Source of the DNA: the human T2T-CHM13v2.0 reference genome, Homo sapiens
Assembly (NCBI RefSeq): GCF_009914755.1
Contig: NC_060926.1
Length of the DNA: 64,000 nt
Reading direction: 5' to 3' (one strand)
This document shows, in pieces, positions 1 through 14,119 of the stretch (within the stretch, counting starts at the first letter, position 1; each line of letters begins with the position of its first letter). The translations under genes and the position numbers were made by a program. The notes beneath the pieces are model-generated. The model was not told where the DNA came from and ran no database searches. It saw nothing but the letters and a program-made list of their open reading frames with translations.

Positions 1-89
1 AACAGGTTTAAGAACAAGAACATTCAAAAAGAAGCACATAAAAGTATCAAGAGGTTAACATAGAACTGTCACAAAGGAATGGCATAAGA

Positions 90-262
90 CACAGGCTCTC
101 AACCCTGGTGGCACTTTTGAATCACTCAGTAGCCTGAAACTTACTACTGCCCAGGACGCATCCATATCAATTACATCAGAATCTCAGGGGTAGAGGCTGA
201 ACTGGATACAGTCCTAAAAGCTCCTTAGCTAATGCTAACCAATGGCAAAATTGAGAATCACT
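90..262. mobile_element. MER5-like hAT DNA transposon remnant
   Basis: ctctcaaccctgg...catcagaatctc...ttgagaatcact resembles MER5 termini and core. Confidence 0.5.
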
Positions 263-632
263 AGCATTGGGTTCTTTCTATTTCAAAGTTCAAAGTGTTG
301 GTAAATTCCCCCAAAGAAGTAGATTGCCATCTTAGTAGCCAAAAAAAAAGAAACTCCAATCACAAAAGAGTCTTAAAAATAAGTATTTGAAAGGAGAGGG
401 GGTTAATGCATTTCAGGTGACTAGGCAGGTTCTAGTTACATGAATCCAAACTAATTCTTAAATAAGGTTAACCCAGTTATATTGGCCATTGAGTGCCCGA
501 GGTCAGAACCTGGGGAGGGAAGAAGATCTAGATGCCTTCTCTGATTTAATGACTCAATCAATGATGTTATCTCAGATGGCAGAAGCAAGGCCAAAGCTGG
601 GGACAAAGGAACTTCCCCCTCCTTTCCTTTAC

Positions 633-729
633 CTGCTCTCTCGAGGGATAGGACATATGGTAGAATGCATCTGTTGGATGTGGTCAAGCCCCTTTGGTGT
701 GGAGGTTTTTCCATCAAAACCTCTCTGAC
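633..729 (-). pseudogene. Candidate exon 2 of the minus-strand (putative TPC3 pseudogene) transcript
   Basis: Acceptor tctccctctctggcctgcag| and donor cag|gtaaag on the minus strand. The 97 nt read open in frame with exon 1 (VREVLMEKPPHQRGLTTSNRCILPYVLSLERA). Confidence 0.45.
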
Positions 730-763
730 CTGCAGGCCAGAGAGGGAGACGTATGCACCAGAG

Positions 764-932
<169 letters not shown>

Positions 933-1165
933 TGGCAGAGCTTTTCAACTCCACACACAAGCCTGCCCTGTGGACCCTCTCCAGCAGGCTTCAAGAGCCC
1001 AGTGGGAAGCGGCAGGGGTGATAATGCAGCAGCCCAGAGCTGAAGGGGGCCAGTTCAAGACTAAGAGGGAGACTGAACAAAAACGCTCTCCACCTCCCAC
1101 ACACTTGCACAACGCAAAGGAGATGCAGCATGGACCCTGAGGGGTCTAAAGATTGGCTGTCATGA

Positions 1166-1199
1166 CTGTGCCAGGCACTGTGCCAGGCACTGTGCCAGG
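1166..1199. repeat. 12-bp tandem repeat (ctgtgccaggca) x~3
   Basis: Seen directly in the sequence. Confidence 0.9.
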
Positions 1200-1399
1200 G
1201 CCTGACCGACGTTGTCACCCATGGTCTTCATGACTTCTGACGGCCCATCATATTGTAATTCAGGCCTCAGATTTCCTGAATCAGAGCAGGGGCTCCTGCC
1301 ATTGAAGTCCTGCCTCCCTCTCCACTGTCTTAGTTCTTGTCCAGTGCAAGAAAATAGATCAAGAAGGGTCGCTTGGAAGCTCAAACTCTTTCGAAGAAG

Positions 1400-2620
1400 C
1401 TCAGGCTATCGCAGCGAAACAGACCCTGAGCGGCTGCGCAGCCCTTCTGCTGTGTCCCGCAGGCATCGGAAGACCCGGGGCTGCATCAGCACTCCCGGGG
1501 CCCACATCCTGCAGCCTTCTTTCCGGGCGTTTTCCTGCTGCCTTGGAGTTCTGTGGGGACGCGCATTGGTCACCAAACAAGGGTGCGCGCCTCACTGAGT
1601 GAGAATGGCCCCTAATCTGGAGCCCCAGCACCGATCCCTGCTCAGCCCCGGAGAGTGGGAGGCTTGTCGGGTCGCTTGACTACAACGTGCGGGCTGCGCT
1701 CTAGCTGGCGGTGCGCCTCCCAGCTGAGCAGCCCAATGAGCAGGGAACCGAGAAAGACCGAAAGCAGAGGGGTTCCTAGTCCCGCTGACCCCCAAGGGCC
1801 CTCATTCTCTGCAGCCGGCCGTGGCTTCCAGCGGGTTCGCTTTCTCCCTGGGAGTCCCGGAGGCGCCCGGCACCAGGAGGGCAACGAAGGGGCAGGAGGC
1901 GCTGCCGTCCGGGCGCCCTCCGAGCACAGCCAGGAAGTCCTCCTTACCTCATGGGTCTGCGGCTCCTCGCCGGGCTGCGGGCGCAGGCAGCTCACCACCG
2001 CGGCTAGGCCGGCCCCGGACATCGCGGCGGCGGGCGCGGCGAGCGGGGATGCGCGGGCGTCGGGGCGGCAGCCGCAACGGACTCTGCCCTCCTCGTGCAG
2101 GCCGGAGGCCCCGCCTGGGCGCGCGGCGCTCGGTCCTTCACGTGACCGCTGCGGGTGGGCCTGCGGGCGGAGGACGGGCGACGGCGGGGCGGGCTCCCAG
2201 GCTCCGGCCCCTTCCCTGGCGGCGCGCTGGGCCCAGCGCAGGGAAGCGGATCCGGCAGGGACGGGGAGTGGGACGCGCGAGGGGCAGCAGGGGTAAGAGC
2301 TCGGGCGGGTGGCCGCGTGGGTTAAAGGTCAAAGGTCACCTCCGCAAATGGCACCAACTGTGTAGCCTGGCAGTGGGACTTTGTCCAGCTTTCTGATCAG
2401 TAGAATAGAAGGATGCCTTCCTCCAAGACCTGTTTGGAGAATTAAACCAGCTAATGTAGGAGCCACGGCTGCCGCTGGGGAGGGCCCAGTAATTATTAGT
2501 TCCCTCCCCGTCCTAGGGGACCCCCCAGGAGAGCGTAGTGTGGGCTCCTAGTGGGGCCTCTCGAGGCAAATACCTCCCGAGAGGGGGCGCGCGCCCTCCC
2601 CTCTTCCCATGGGGCGCCCC
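1400..2620. promoter_or_regulatory. CpG island, likely bidirectional promoter
   Basis: Very high GC and CpG density, GC boxes, E-box at 2138-2146, DR1 at 2326-2338, splice donors facing outward on both strands. Confidence 0.85.
1948..2022 (-). pseudogene. Coding part of first exon, putative two-pore channel 3 (TPC3/TPCN3) pseudogene
   Basis: gccgccgcgATG Kozak context, 25 codons (MSGAGLAAVVSCLRPQPGEEPQTHE), phase-0 donor gag|gtaagg. The identity rests on my recall that a TPC3 pseudogene starts ~40 kb upstream of NPHP1 on the opposite strand; no channel motif is visible in this window. Confidence 0.6.
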
Positions 2621-2940
2621 CAGTTCCAGCCTGACCTGGAACTCAGGGTTGCCAGAGCTGCTGAATTTTCAAGAGAAAGCGGAAATCTGAGTTTTAATGA
2701 GACCGCTCCTGATTTTTTAAAACGTTGATCATGAAGTTAAAACAATAATAATGGTAAGTACTTGCCGGCCAACTGTCAGGTAAGCCCTGGCGGGCAAAGC
2801 AGGTGGTCCTGGGCTCCTGTACCAACCAACTTCACTGACTCCTCCCAGAGGAGGGAGAAGCCTGGCGGGACTGTGACAATCCCTGTCACCTGGCATGAGG
2901 TGTGATGTCCCTCTGGGTGGTTCATCAAGACTTGGTGCTA

Positions 2941-3690
2941 GGCCAAGCCAGTGGCTCATGCCTGTAATCCCAGCATTCTGGGAGGCCAAGGCGGGAGTGA
3001 CAAGTGAAGCCAGCTGGACTTCCTGAGTGCAGTGGGGACTTGGGGAACTTTTCTTACAAGAGGATTGTAAAATGCACCAATCAGGAACTTTTCTGTCTTA
3101 CAAGAAAATTGTAAAACGCACCAATCAGTGCTCTGTAAAATGCACCAATCAGCGGTATTCTAAAAGTAGCCAATTGCGGGGAGGATTGAAAAAAGGGCAC
3201 TCTGATAGGACAGAAACGGAACATGGGAGGGGCCAATAAGGGAATAAAAGCTGGCCACCACCGCAGCCGGCAGCGACAACTGCTTGGGTCCCGGTCAGCT
3301 TTGCGGAAGCTTTATTCTTTCTGTTTTCACAATAAACCTTGCTACTGCAGGGTCCCTGCCATCTTTAAGAGCTGTAACACTCACCAGCAAGGTCCATGGC
3401 TTCATTCTTGAAGACCAGGAACCCACCGGAAGGAACCAACTCCAGACACAAGAGGATTGTCCAAGCCCAAGAGTTTGATACCTGCGTAGGCAACATATCC
3501 AGACCAGATCTCTTTAAAAAAAAAAAGAGCTGGGCATGGTGGCAAACCTATAGTTGGCTAGTCTAGGCAGAGATGAAGGATGGCTTGAGCTTAGGAGGTT
3601 GAGGCTGCAGTGAGTGGTGATTGCACCACTGTAATCCAGCCTGGGCAACAGCAATACTGCTCTCTAAACATAAAAAATTAAATAAAGACT
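2941..3690 (+). mobile_element. AluJ interrupted by an LTR12
   Basis: Alu start ggcc...gtggctcatgcctgtaatcccagca at 2941-2997, resuming at 3451 through to the A tail. Confidence 0.85.
2998..3450 (+). mobile_element. Solo LTR12 (ERV9, LTR12F-like)
   Basis: TG...CA ends, gtgaagccagctggacttcctg start, repeated caccaatcag boxes, imperfect 4-bp TSD ggag/agag. Confidence 0.9.
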
Positions 3691-3749
3691 TAGTGCTAGG
3701 TGCTGATTTCTGGCAAGTTCCAGGTGGGAGACTGGCAGGCAGCATTATA

Positions 3750-4170
3750 GTCCTCTAAGAGAATTCAAACCCTAATTTCTGGGACTATGAATCTGTTACT
3801 TTACAAGGCAAAAGAGCCTTGTGGACAGGTTTCTAATCAGTTGACTTTAAAATAGGGAGGTTATCCTGGATTTATCTGGGTTGGCCTGGTGGAATCACCC
3901 TTAAACCCTAAAGAGCAAGACAGGGGAGAGGAGACATTTGAAGCTTATGAAAGACTCAGTGTGCCTGGATGGGACGCTGTTGCCTCGAGGATGAAGGGAA
4001 CTGCAAGGAACTAAAGTTCTGCTGACAATTTGAATGAGCTCGAAAGTGAATTCTTCCCCAGGGCCTTGCAGAAAGGAACACAATTTGCTGACACCTTTAT
4101 TCCCACCTTGTGAGACACCGAGCAGAGAATCCATGTGGCAATGTGTTATGCAGCATAGAAAAGTAATACA
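3750..4170 (+). mobile_element. MLT1 (MaLR) LTR
   Basis: gggaggttatcctggat core and tgttatgcagcatagaaaagtaataca end. Confidence 0.65.
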
Positions 4171-5774
4171 GGACACTGACCTGCATTGCAACACCAGAAT
4201 TGTGTCCTAGCTGGAGGCTGGCCTGCAATGAGAACTGCATGTGGCCACAGTTTCTCGGCAGGCATGCCAGGCATGGCACTTCACCCCTCTCCTCTGACTG
4301 TTACCACTCAGTTCTAACATCCCCTGAGAGCCCTTCCTCAACTTCTCCAGGCCAACAGGTGGCTTCCTTTCTGTGCTCACCACACCCTTCGTGAAAACAG
4401 CTACTTGGTGCTTCCTTTGATCTATGTGCACATGTTGCCTGCTTCCCACCAGGCCACAAGCACCTGTGGGAGGAAGGGAACTGGAAACATTTGTCTTTGA
4501 ATCCCAAGCCCCGGGCAGACAGCAGGCATATGGTGGCTGAAATGGTAAAGTGAAATTTCTACCAGTGTGTAATCAAAGGTCCTTGTCTACAAGGTATCTT
4601 AATTACCTTTTTTAAAAAAGAAATTCAGTAGTTTTGGGGGAACTGGTGGTTTTTGTTACATAGATAAGTTCTTTAGTGGTGATATCTGAGATTTTGGTGC
4701 ACACATCATCCGAGCAGTGTACATTGTGCCCAATACGTAGTTTTTTATCCTTAACCACCCTTCCCCCATTTCTCCGGTGTCCCCAAAGTCCAATTTGTAA
4801 TTCTTATGCCTTTGAATCCTCGTAGCTTAGCTTCCAGTTATAAGTGAGAATATACAATATTTGGTTTTCCATTCCTGAGTTACTACACTTAGAATAATGG
4901 TTTCAAACTCCATGAGGTTGCTGTGAATGCCATTATTTCATTCATTCTTATCACTGAGTAGTATTCCATGGTGTATATGTATATATATGTACACATATAC
5001 ACCACGTTTTCTTTTTCCACTCATTGGTGGATGGGCATTTAGGCTGGTTCCAAATTGTTGCAATTGTGAGTTGTGCTGCTATAAACATGAGTGTGCAATA
5101 TCTATTTCATATAATGACTTCTTTTCCTCTGGATAGATACCCAGTGGTGGGATTACTGGATCAAATGGTAGTTGTACTTTTAGCTCTTTAAAAAATCTCC
5201 ACAGTGTTTTCTATAGTGGTTGTACTAGTTTACATTCCCAACAGCAGTGTAAAAGTGTTCCCTTTCCACCACATCCACATCAACATCTATTGTTTTTTGA
5301 TTTTTAAATTATGGCCATTCTTGCAAGAGTAGGTAGTATCTCATTGTGGTTGTAATTTGCATTTCCCTGATAGTGATGCTGAGCATTTTTTCATGTGTGT
5401 GTTGGCCATTTGTACATCTTCTTTTGAGAATTGTCTATTAATTTCCTTTGCCCACTTTTTGATGGGATTATTTGTTTTTTTCTTGCTGATTTGTTTGAGT
5501 TCCTTGTAGATTCTAAATATTAGTCCTTTGTGAGATGCATAGTTTGAGAATATTTTCTCCCTCTCTGTGGGTTGTCTGTTTACTCTGCTGATTATTTCTT
5601 TTGCTATGCAGAAACTTGTAACTTAATTAGGTCCAATGTATTTATTTTTGTTTTTGTTGCATTTGCTTTTGGGTTCTTGGTAGTTAACGAACTCTTTGCC
5701 TAAACCAATGTCTAGGGTAGTTTTACTGATGTTATCTTCTGGAATGTTTATGATTTTGGGTCTTAGATTTTAAG

Positions 5775-6128
<354 letters not shown>

Positions 6129-9100
6129 TAAGTTGAGAGATGAGGATTCAGTTTTACCCTTCTACATGTGGCTTCCCAGTTATCCCTGCACCATTTGTTG
6201 AATAGGGTGTCCTTTCCCCACTTTATGTTTTTGTTTGCTTTGTCAAAGATCAGTTAACTGTAAGTATTTGGCTTTATTTCTGGGTTCTCTATTCTGTTCC
6301 ATTGGTCTACTTGCCTGTTTTCATACCAGTACCATACTGTTTTGGTAACTACAGCCTTGTAGTATAAAGTCAGGTGATGTGATGCCTCCAGATGTGTTCT
6401 TTTTGCTTAGTCTTGCTTTGGCTATGTAGGGTCTTTTTTGGTTCCATTTGAATTTTAGGATTGCTTTTTAAAGCTCCATGAAAAATGCTGATGGTATTTT
6501 GATGGGAATTGCATCGAATCCATAGACTGCTTTTGGCACCATGATCATTTTCACAGTATCGAGTCTACCCATCCATGAGCATGGAATGTGCTTCCATTTG
6601 TTTGTGTTATCAGTGATTTCTTTCTGTCTTGCAGTTTTTCTTGTAGAGATATTTCGCCTCCTTGGTTCAGTATATTCCAAAGTATTTTATTTTATTTTTT
6701 GCAGCTGTTGTAAAAGGGATTGAGTTCTTGATTTGTTTCTCAGTCTTGTTGTTGGTGTACAGCAGTGCTACTGATTTGTGTACATTGATTTTGTATCCTA
6801 AAACTTTATTGAATTCATTTATCAGATCTATGAGCTTTTTGGGTGAGTCTTTAGGCTTTTCTAGGCATACAATTATATCATCGGTGAACAGCAACAGTTT
6901 GACGTCCTCTTTACTAATTTAGATGCCCTTTATTTCTTTCTGTTGTCTGATTGCTTTGGCTAGAACTTCCAGCACTACGCTGGATAAAAGTTGTGAAAGT
7001 GGGCATCTTTGTCTTGTTCCAGTTCTCAGGAAGAAAGCTTTCAACTTTTCCCCATTCAGTATCATGTTGGCTGTGGGTTTGTCATAGATGGCTTTTATAA
7101 CTTTGAGGTATGTCTCTTGTATACCAGTTTTGCTGGATTTTATCAAATGCTTTTTCTGCATTGATTGAGATGATCATATGATTTTTGTTTTTAATGCTGT
7201 TGATGTGATGTGTCACATTTGTTGACTTGTGAATGTTAAACCATCCTTGCATTTCTGGTATGAAACCCACTTGATCCTATTGTATTACCTTTTTGATATG
7301 CTGTTGGATTCAGTTAGCTAGTATTTTGTTGAGTATTTTTGCATCTGTGTTCATCAGGGATCTTAGTCTGTAGTTTTCTTTTATTGTTATGTCCTTTCCC
7401 AGTTTTGGAATTAGGATGATACTGGCTTCATAGAATGATTTATGGAGGAGTCCCTCTTTTTCTATCTTTTGGAATAGTTTCAGTAAGATTGGTATCAATT
7501 CTTCTTTGAATGTCTAATAGAATTCACCTGTCAGTCCATCTGGTTCTGGACATTTTTTTGTTGGCAATTTTTTTTATTATTGTTTCAATCTTGCTAATTA
7601 TTGGTCTGTTCAGAGTTTCTATTTTTTCGTGATTTAATATGGGAGGAATTTATCCATCTCTTCCAGATTTTCTAATTTGTGTGCATAAAAGTGTTCATAG
7701 TAGCCTTGAATGATCTTTTGTATTTCTGGGGTATTGGTTGTAATATCTCCAGTTTCATTTCTAATTGAGCTTATTTGGATCTTCTATCTTCTTGGTTAAT
7801 CTCAGTAATGGTCTATCAATTGTGTTTTATCTTTTCAAAGAAACTGCTTTTTGTTTCATTTATGTTTTGTGTTTTTAATTTTAATTTCATTTAGTTCTGC
7901 TCTGATCTTTGTTATTTACTTTTTTTCTGCTGAGTTTGGATTTGGTTTGTTTTTGTTTCTCTAGTTCCGTGAAGTATGATGTTAAATTGCCTACTTGTGC
8001 TCTTTCAGACTTTTTGATGTAAGCATTTAATGCTTTAAACTTTCCTCTTAGCACCACTTTTGCTGTATCCCAGAGGTTTTGATAAGTTGTTTCACTGTCA
8101 TTGTTCAACTCAAAGAATTTTTAAATTTCCATCCTGATTTCATTGTTGACCCAAACATCATTCAAGAGCAAATTATTTAATTTCCATGTATTTGTATAGT
8201 TTTAGGGGGTCCTTTTGGAGTCGTTTCCAGTTTTATTCCACTGTGGTCTGAGAGAATACTTTATATAATTTCAATTTCCTTAAGTTAACTGACTTGCTTT
8301 GTGACCTATCATATGGTCTATTTTGGAAAATTTTCTATGTGCTGAAGAAAAGAGTGTATATTTTGCAGTTGTTGGGTAGAATCTTCTGTAAATATTTGTT
8401 AAGTCCATTTGATCCAGAGTTAGTTTAAGTCCATTGTTTCTTTATTGACTTTCTGTCTTGATGACCTGTCTAGCACTGTCAATGGAGTATTGAAGTCCCC
8501 CACTATTACTATGTTGCCTTCTATTTCATTTCTTAGGTCTACTAGTAATTATTTTATAAATTTGGGAGCTTCAGTGTTCGGTGCATATGTATTTATGATT
8601 GTAATATTTTCCCATTTAACTATTTCTTTTATCATTGTATAATGTGCCTATTGTCTTTTTTTTACTGTTGTTGCTTTGAAGTGTGTTTTGTCTGATATAA
8701 GAATAGATACTCCTGCTCACTTTTGGTTTCCATTTGCGTGGAATATCTTTTCCCACCTCTTTACCTTAAATTTATGTGAGTCCTTATACATTTAAGTGAG
8801 TCTCTCAAAGACAGCACACACTTAGTGGTGGATTTTTATTCATTCTGCCATTCTGTGTCTTTTAAGTGGAGCATTTAGGCCATTTACATTCAACATTAGT
8901 ATTGAGATGTGAGGTACTGTTCTATTCATCATGCTAGTTGTTGCCTTAATAATTTTTTTCATCGTGTTATATAGGCCCTGTGAGATTTATGCTTTAAAGA
9001 GGTTCTATTTTGATGTATTTCAAGGTCTTGTTTCAAGGTTTGGAACTCCTTTTAGCATTTCTGGTAGTGCTGGCTTAGTAGTGGCAAATTCTCTCAGCAT

Positions 9101-9753
9101 TTGTTTGGCTGAAAAATACTTTTCTCTTTTTCATTTACGATGTTTAGTTTTGCTGGATACAAAATTCTTGACTGACAATTATTTTGTTTCAGGAGGCTAA
9201 AGGTGGGACCCCAATCTCTTCTGGGTTGTAAGGTTTCTGCTGAGAAGTCTTCTGTTAATCTGATAGGTTTTCCTTTATAGGTTATCTGGTGCTATTGTCT
9301 CACAGCTCTTAAGATTGTTTCCTCTGTCTTGGCTTTAGATAACCTGATGACTATGTGCCTAGGTTATGGTCTTTTTGCAATGAATTTCCCAGGTGTTCTT
9401 TGAGCTTCTTGTATTTGGATGTGTAGATCTCTGTCAATGCTAGGGAAGTTTTCCTCAATTATTCCCTCAAATTAGTTTTCCAAAATTTTAGATTTCTCTT
9501 CTTCCTCAGGAACACCAATCATTCTTAGGTTTGGCCATTTAACATAATCTCAAGTTTCATGGAGGCTTTGTTCATTTTTTAAAATTATTTTTCCTTTGTC
9601 TTTGTCTGATTGGGTTAATTTGAAAGCTTTGTCTTTGAGCCCTGAAGTTCTTTTTTATACTTGTTCAAGTCTATAGTTAAAATGTTCCATTGCATTTTGT
9701 GTTTCTCTAGGTGTCTTTCATTTCCAGAAATTGTGATTGTTTTTTCTTTATGA

Positions 9754-10104
<351 letters not shown>

Positions 10105-12925
10105 CTTCAATTTCTTTACGTTCGTTTTCACCTTTCTCTAGTATCTCTTTGAATAGCTTAATAATTGACCTTCTGAATTATTTATCTGACAATTTAAAGA
10201 TTTCTTCTTGGTTTGGATCCATTGCTGGCGAGCCAGTATGATCTTTTGAGGGTGTTCTAGAACCCTGTTTTGTCATATTACCAGAATTACTTTTCTTCCT
10301 TCTCAATTGGGTAGACTAATACAGTGGGGAGATCTGAAAGTCAAGGCCTGCTGTTCAGATTCTCTTGTCCCACTGGGTAACCCCTTGATGTAGTGCTCTC
10401 CCCTTTCTTCTAGGAATGGGGCTTCCTGAGAGCTGGACTGCAGTGATTGTTATTTGTCTTCTGGGTCTAGCTACCAGTGAGGATACCAGGCTCTGGACTG
10501 GTCCTGGGGGATGTCTGCAAAGATTCCTGTGATGTGATCTGTCTTCAGGTCTCCAAGCCATGGATACCAGCACCTGCTCTGGTAGAGGTGGCAGGGAAGT
10601 GAAGTAGACTCTGTGAGAGTCCTTGGTTATAGATAGGTTTAGTGTGCTGGCTTTCTTGAATGCTGGTTGTCATAACAGTGAAATTGTCACGTGGACATCT
10701 TCAGGACCTCTGTTTAGCCAGGATGTTGCAGGCAGTAGAATTAGGTGTTGTCTTCTCCTTCCTAAGATCAGCATTATTCTGTCATGAGTTGCTGTAATGG
10801 CTTGAGTTGGTTGGCCTCCAGCGACGAGGTGGCACTTTCAAGAGAGCACCAGCTGCCATAGTAGTAGGGGGCTCTAAGCTTGTCCTAAGGTGGCCAGGGT
10901 AAGCATTTTGGTTTCTCAGGTGATGGGCATGGCCATAAAGCTCCCAAGAGGTTCTGTGTTTTGTGCTGGGCTACCAGGGTGGCTAGGGAAATACCATCAA
11001 GTGGGGGCAGGGTTAGGTGGGTCTGGGGTCAGACTCTCCTTGGACAGGGCTTGCAGTAGCCACTGTGGGGGAATGAAGGAGTGGTTCTTAGGCTAATGGA
11101 GTACTGTTCTAGAGTGGATCTTGGCCCTCTGCTGTGTTATATAGTTTTCCAGGAAAGCATTGGATAGCCCTTAATACGAGCTCTCGCCCAGTTCCCAAGC
11201 AGTTGGCGAGGTCGGTCTCACTCCCACAGTGCTCCTGCTCAGGCCGTGAGCTACCCTGCTGAGAAAGCAAGCGTGGCTTAAGGACCTCACCCCTCCCTGT
11301 CTGCCCACTCTGCCAGCAGCAGCTCCTGCACTCCTGCACTCGCTTGCTTGTATCCACAGCAGTTCCCGCTCATCCTCCAGACTCTGCTCGAGAAAGTTTG
11401 TGCCCGGTCAAAACCACTACCAATTTCAGTTGAGAGCTTCCTTTGCCCTGCAACTCCTCTCCAGTTCCACTGGCTGCCTTCCCTGAGTGGCTGTGTGAGA
11501 TACAGTCAGGGATGGCTTCCTAGGGCTCAAGCTGGAGACTGGGAGTCCATTCAAGGCACTTCCCACTACTACTCTCATACTTTTATTTTTCTTACATCTC
11601 CCTAAACTCATTTCATCTCTGGTTAAGATTAAATCCTTCTCCTATGATCTGGATTTTTAGATTCCCCAGTGGGGATGTGTGTTCAAAGGTAGGTTTCCCC
11701 CTTCTTACACTTTGGGAACTCACAGTTTTTCTCCTGTTCCACAGAATTTACAGTGGTGTGCGTCTTCTTTCAAAGGATCCGTGAATTCTTTTGGTTTTCC
11801 CAGTATGTTCCTATGATAGTTCTTGGAGCACAACAGGGTCACAGTGTGAGTCTCCACATGGTGTTTTGTCCATCCATGTGGGAGCTACACATTAGCACTG
11901 CCTCCTATCTGCCATCTTCCCCTGATCTCAACAATTACCTTTTATAACTGTTTATTGCGTGGATTACCAGAAAACTCTCTGGTGCTCTTGAGAAAGGACA
12001 AATATTCTAGGTCTATCCTAAGTGGTGACTTAAGGAATGATTGTTTTATGGCAAGATCTTTTAAAATGGCTTTATTTTTTAAAAAAGATAAATATGTTCA
12101 TTGTAAAGAGTTGAAACTACTAATCAAAGTTAATCACTTGCACACACTTAAACACACTTGTATGCAGCTCTGTGGAGATGGGATTACATCCTACACCACA
12201 GACACTGCTGACCTCTGACCTACTATCCACACGCTTCCCACCCAAGATCCCAGACTTGGGTCAGGCATTCATCTCATCTCTCTCTTTAGAGGAGGATCCT
12301 GCTTAGTCCAGGCCAATCCACACAGGGCATTTTCCTGGCAACAGTTACCTATCTAAGGGAAGTACATGACTTTAGTTGGCTCAGCCTGACTAAAAAGAGC
12401 CATGAGCTTAGGGGGAGAGGTTTTCTTCTTCTCTTCCCTCCCCTTTTCCTATGAATGTAATTTTTAAAAAACCACATATTCCTAACAGCTTCTCCAGCCA
12501 CCTTGGGTGAAGATGACACTGTGGATGGCAGAGGAGGAAGATACAAACAGCCAGGTCTCTGATGGCCTCTTCAAGAGACTACTTTTTGGTACCTGCATTC
12601 TTGGAACCATTTGGACCAACCTTCAGACTTAGAATTATGTGAGCTATATTGTATGACCCAGGAGACAGAATGAGGTGATCTGTACAGCCAATAGGAAAAG
12701 ATCTACAAAATATCAAATGAGGATGGGAAGATAGTACCCTGCAGAGTTTGATTTATGCAGAATTTTAAAGGATGCATATACTTACATTTTCTGATAAATG
12801 CATAAAATATTTTCCTGGAAAGATCCATAAGTAAACTGTAATCAGTGCTTACCTTTGAGAATACAGCAGGAAGTAGAGGCATGAAGGGAAAGGGACTTTT
12901 TCTTCTCATTTTGTACTTGTCTATA

Positions 12926-13085
<160 letters not shown>

Positions 13086-13379
13086 TAAGGTTTCATTTTT
13101 AACTGTATGCCTACATTACTTTTATGTGTTTGCAGAAAGTAAAATCAACAGAGATGTGGTGATAGAATCTAATAGCAATTTTGTCATTTTCATGAACAAA
13201 TATTTTATGCAATGGAAAATATTAAAACTCTGGGAATAAAGCGTGTTAATGCCTGTTCCTGGTTGCATATCTGCCAGTGGGGAGAATGCATCCTTGCAGG
13301 GTGAGGAGTCAGCCTTAGAAAGCAAGGCCTTTAGGAACCAGTTACCACTAAGCATACCCTATAACAACTCTTTGAGGTG

Positions 13380-13752
13380 CTGGTTTAGTCTGCTCAGGCT
13401 GCCATAACCAAGTACTCCCAGCCAAGTGGCTTAAACAGTAGAAATGTGTTTCCTTACAGTTCTGGAAGCCAAAATTCTGAGATCAGGATGCGGCAGGGTT
13501 GGTTTACAGTAAGGGCTCTCTGCTTGGCTGGTAGCTGGCCATCTCCTCTCTGTGTCTTCACACGGTGCTCCCTCTGTGTGTATCTGTGTCCAAGTTTCCT
13601 CTTCTAATAAGGACAGTCCTATTGGATCAGGGCCTGCTCTAAGGACCTCATTTTACTTGGATTACCTCTTTAAAGACCCTACCATATTCTGTGATACTGG
13701 GGGTTAGGACTTCAACACATGAATTTTGAGGAGATACAATTCAGCCCATAAG
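13380..13752 (-). mobile_element. MLT1A/B LTR
   Basis: ggctgccataac...cacatgaatttt...attcagcccata matches a reversed MLT1. Confidence 0.75.
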
Positions 13753-13759
13753 AAGTACT

Positions 13760-13910
13760 GATTACAACATCCACATTAGAGCTTAGGAAATGCAGGTTCA
13801 GAGAGGAGCATCAGACTGCCTCAGGTCACACAGCTTGAAAATGGCAGCACTGGGATTGCAAACCCAGACCTACTAGCACAGAGGCATCTCTACTCTACTC
13901 TGCAGCTACT
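13760..13910 (-). mobile_element. MIR
   Basis: aggttcagagagg...aggtcacacagc core. Confidence 0.6.
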
Positions 13911-14119
13911 AGGTAGTTTCAGCTGGGAAAATGAACAAAGTCCATATTCAGCCTGAGAATTCCACCCAATTCTATTTGCCAGTTATCCCCTAGATTCCAC
14001 AGGATTTTGTGGAATTCTTTTTAAAACACTGCAATGTGACAATCAAGAGGTAGGGGCAAAGTCAACAGTGGTGGTTGAAAATAGAGGCCAAACCTTCTCC
14101 AATGCCTTCACAAGGCAGG

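Noticed and set aside
1655-2396. Long ORFs (213 aa, 191 aa) across the CpG island
   Set aside because: GC-rich stop-poor sequence, non-ATG starts, low-complexity Gly/Arg/Pro/Ala composition, no recognisable domain
13994-14016. Short inverted repeat attccaca-N6-tgtggaat
   Set aside because: An 8-bp stem is expected by chance in 64 kb and has no supporting context
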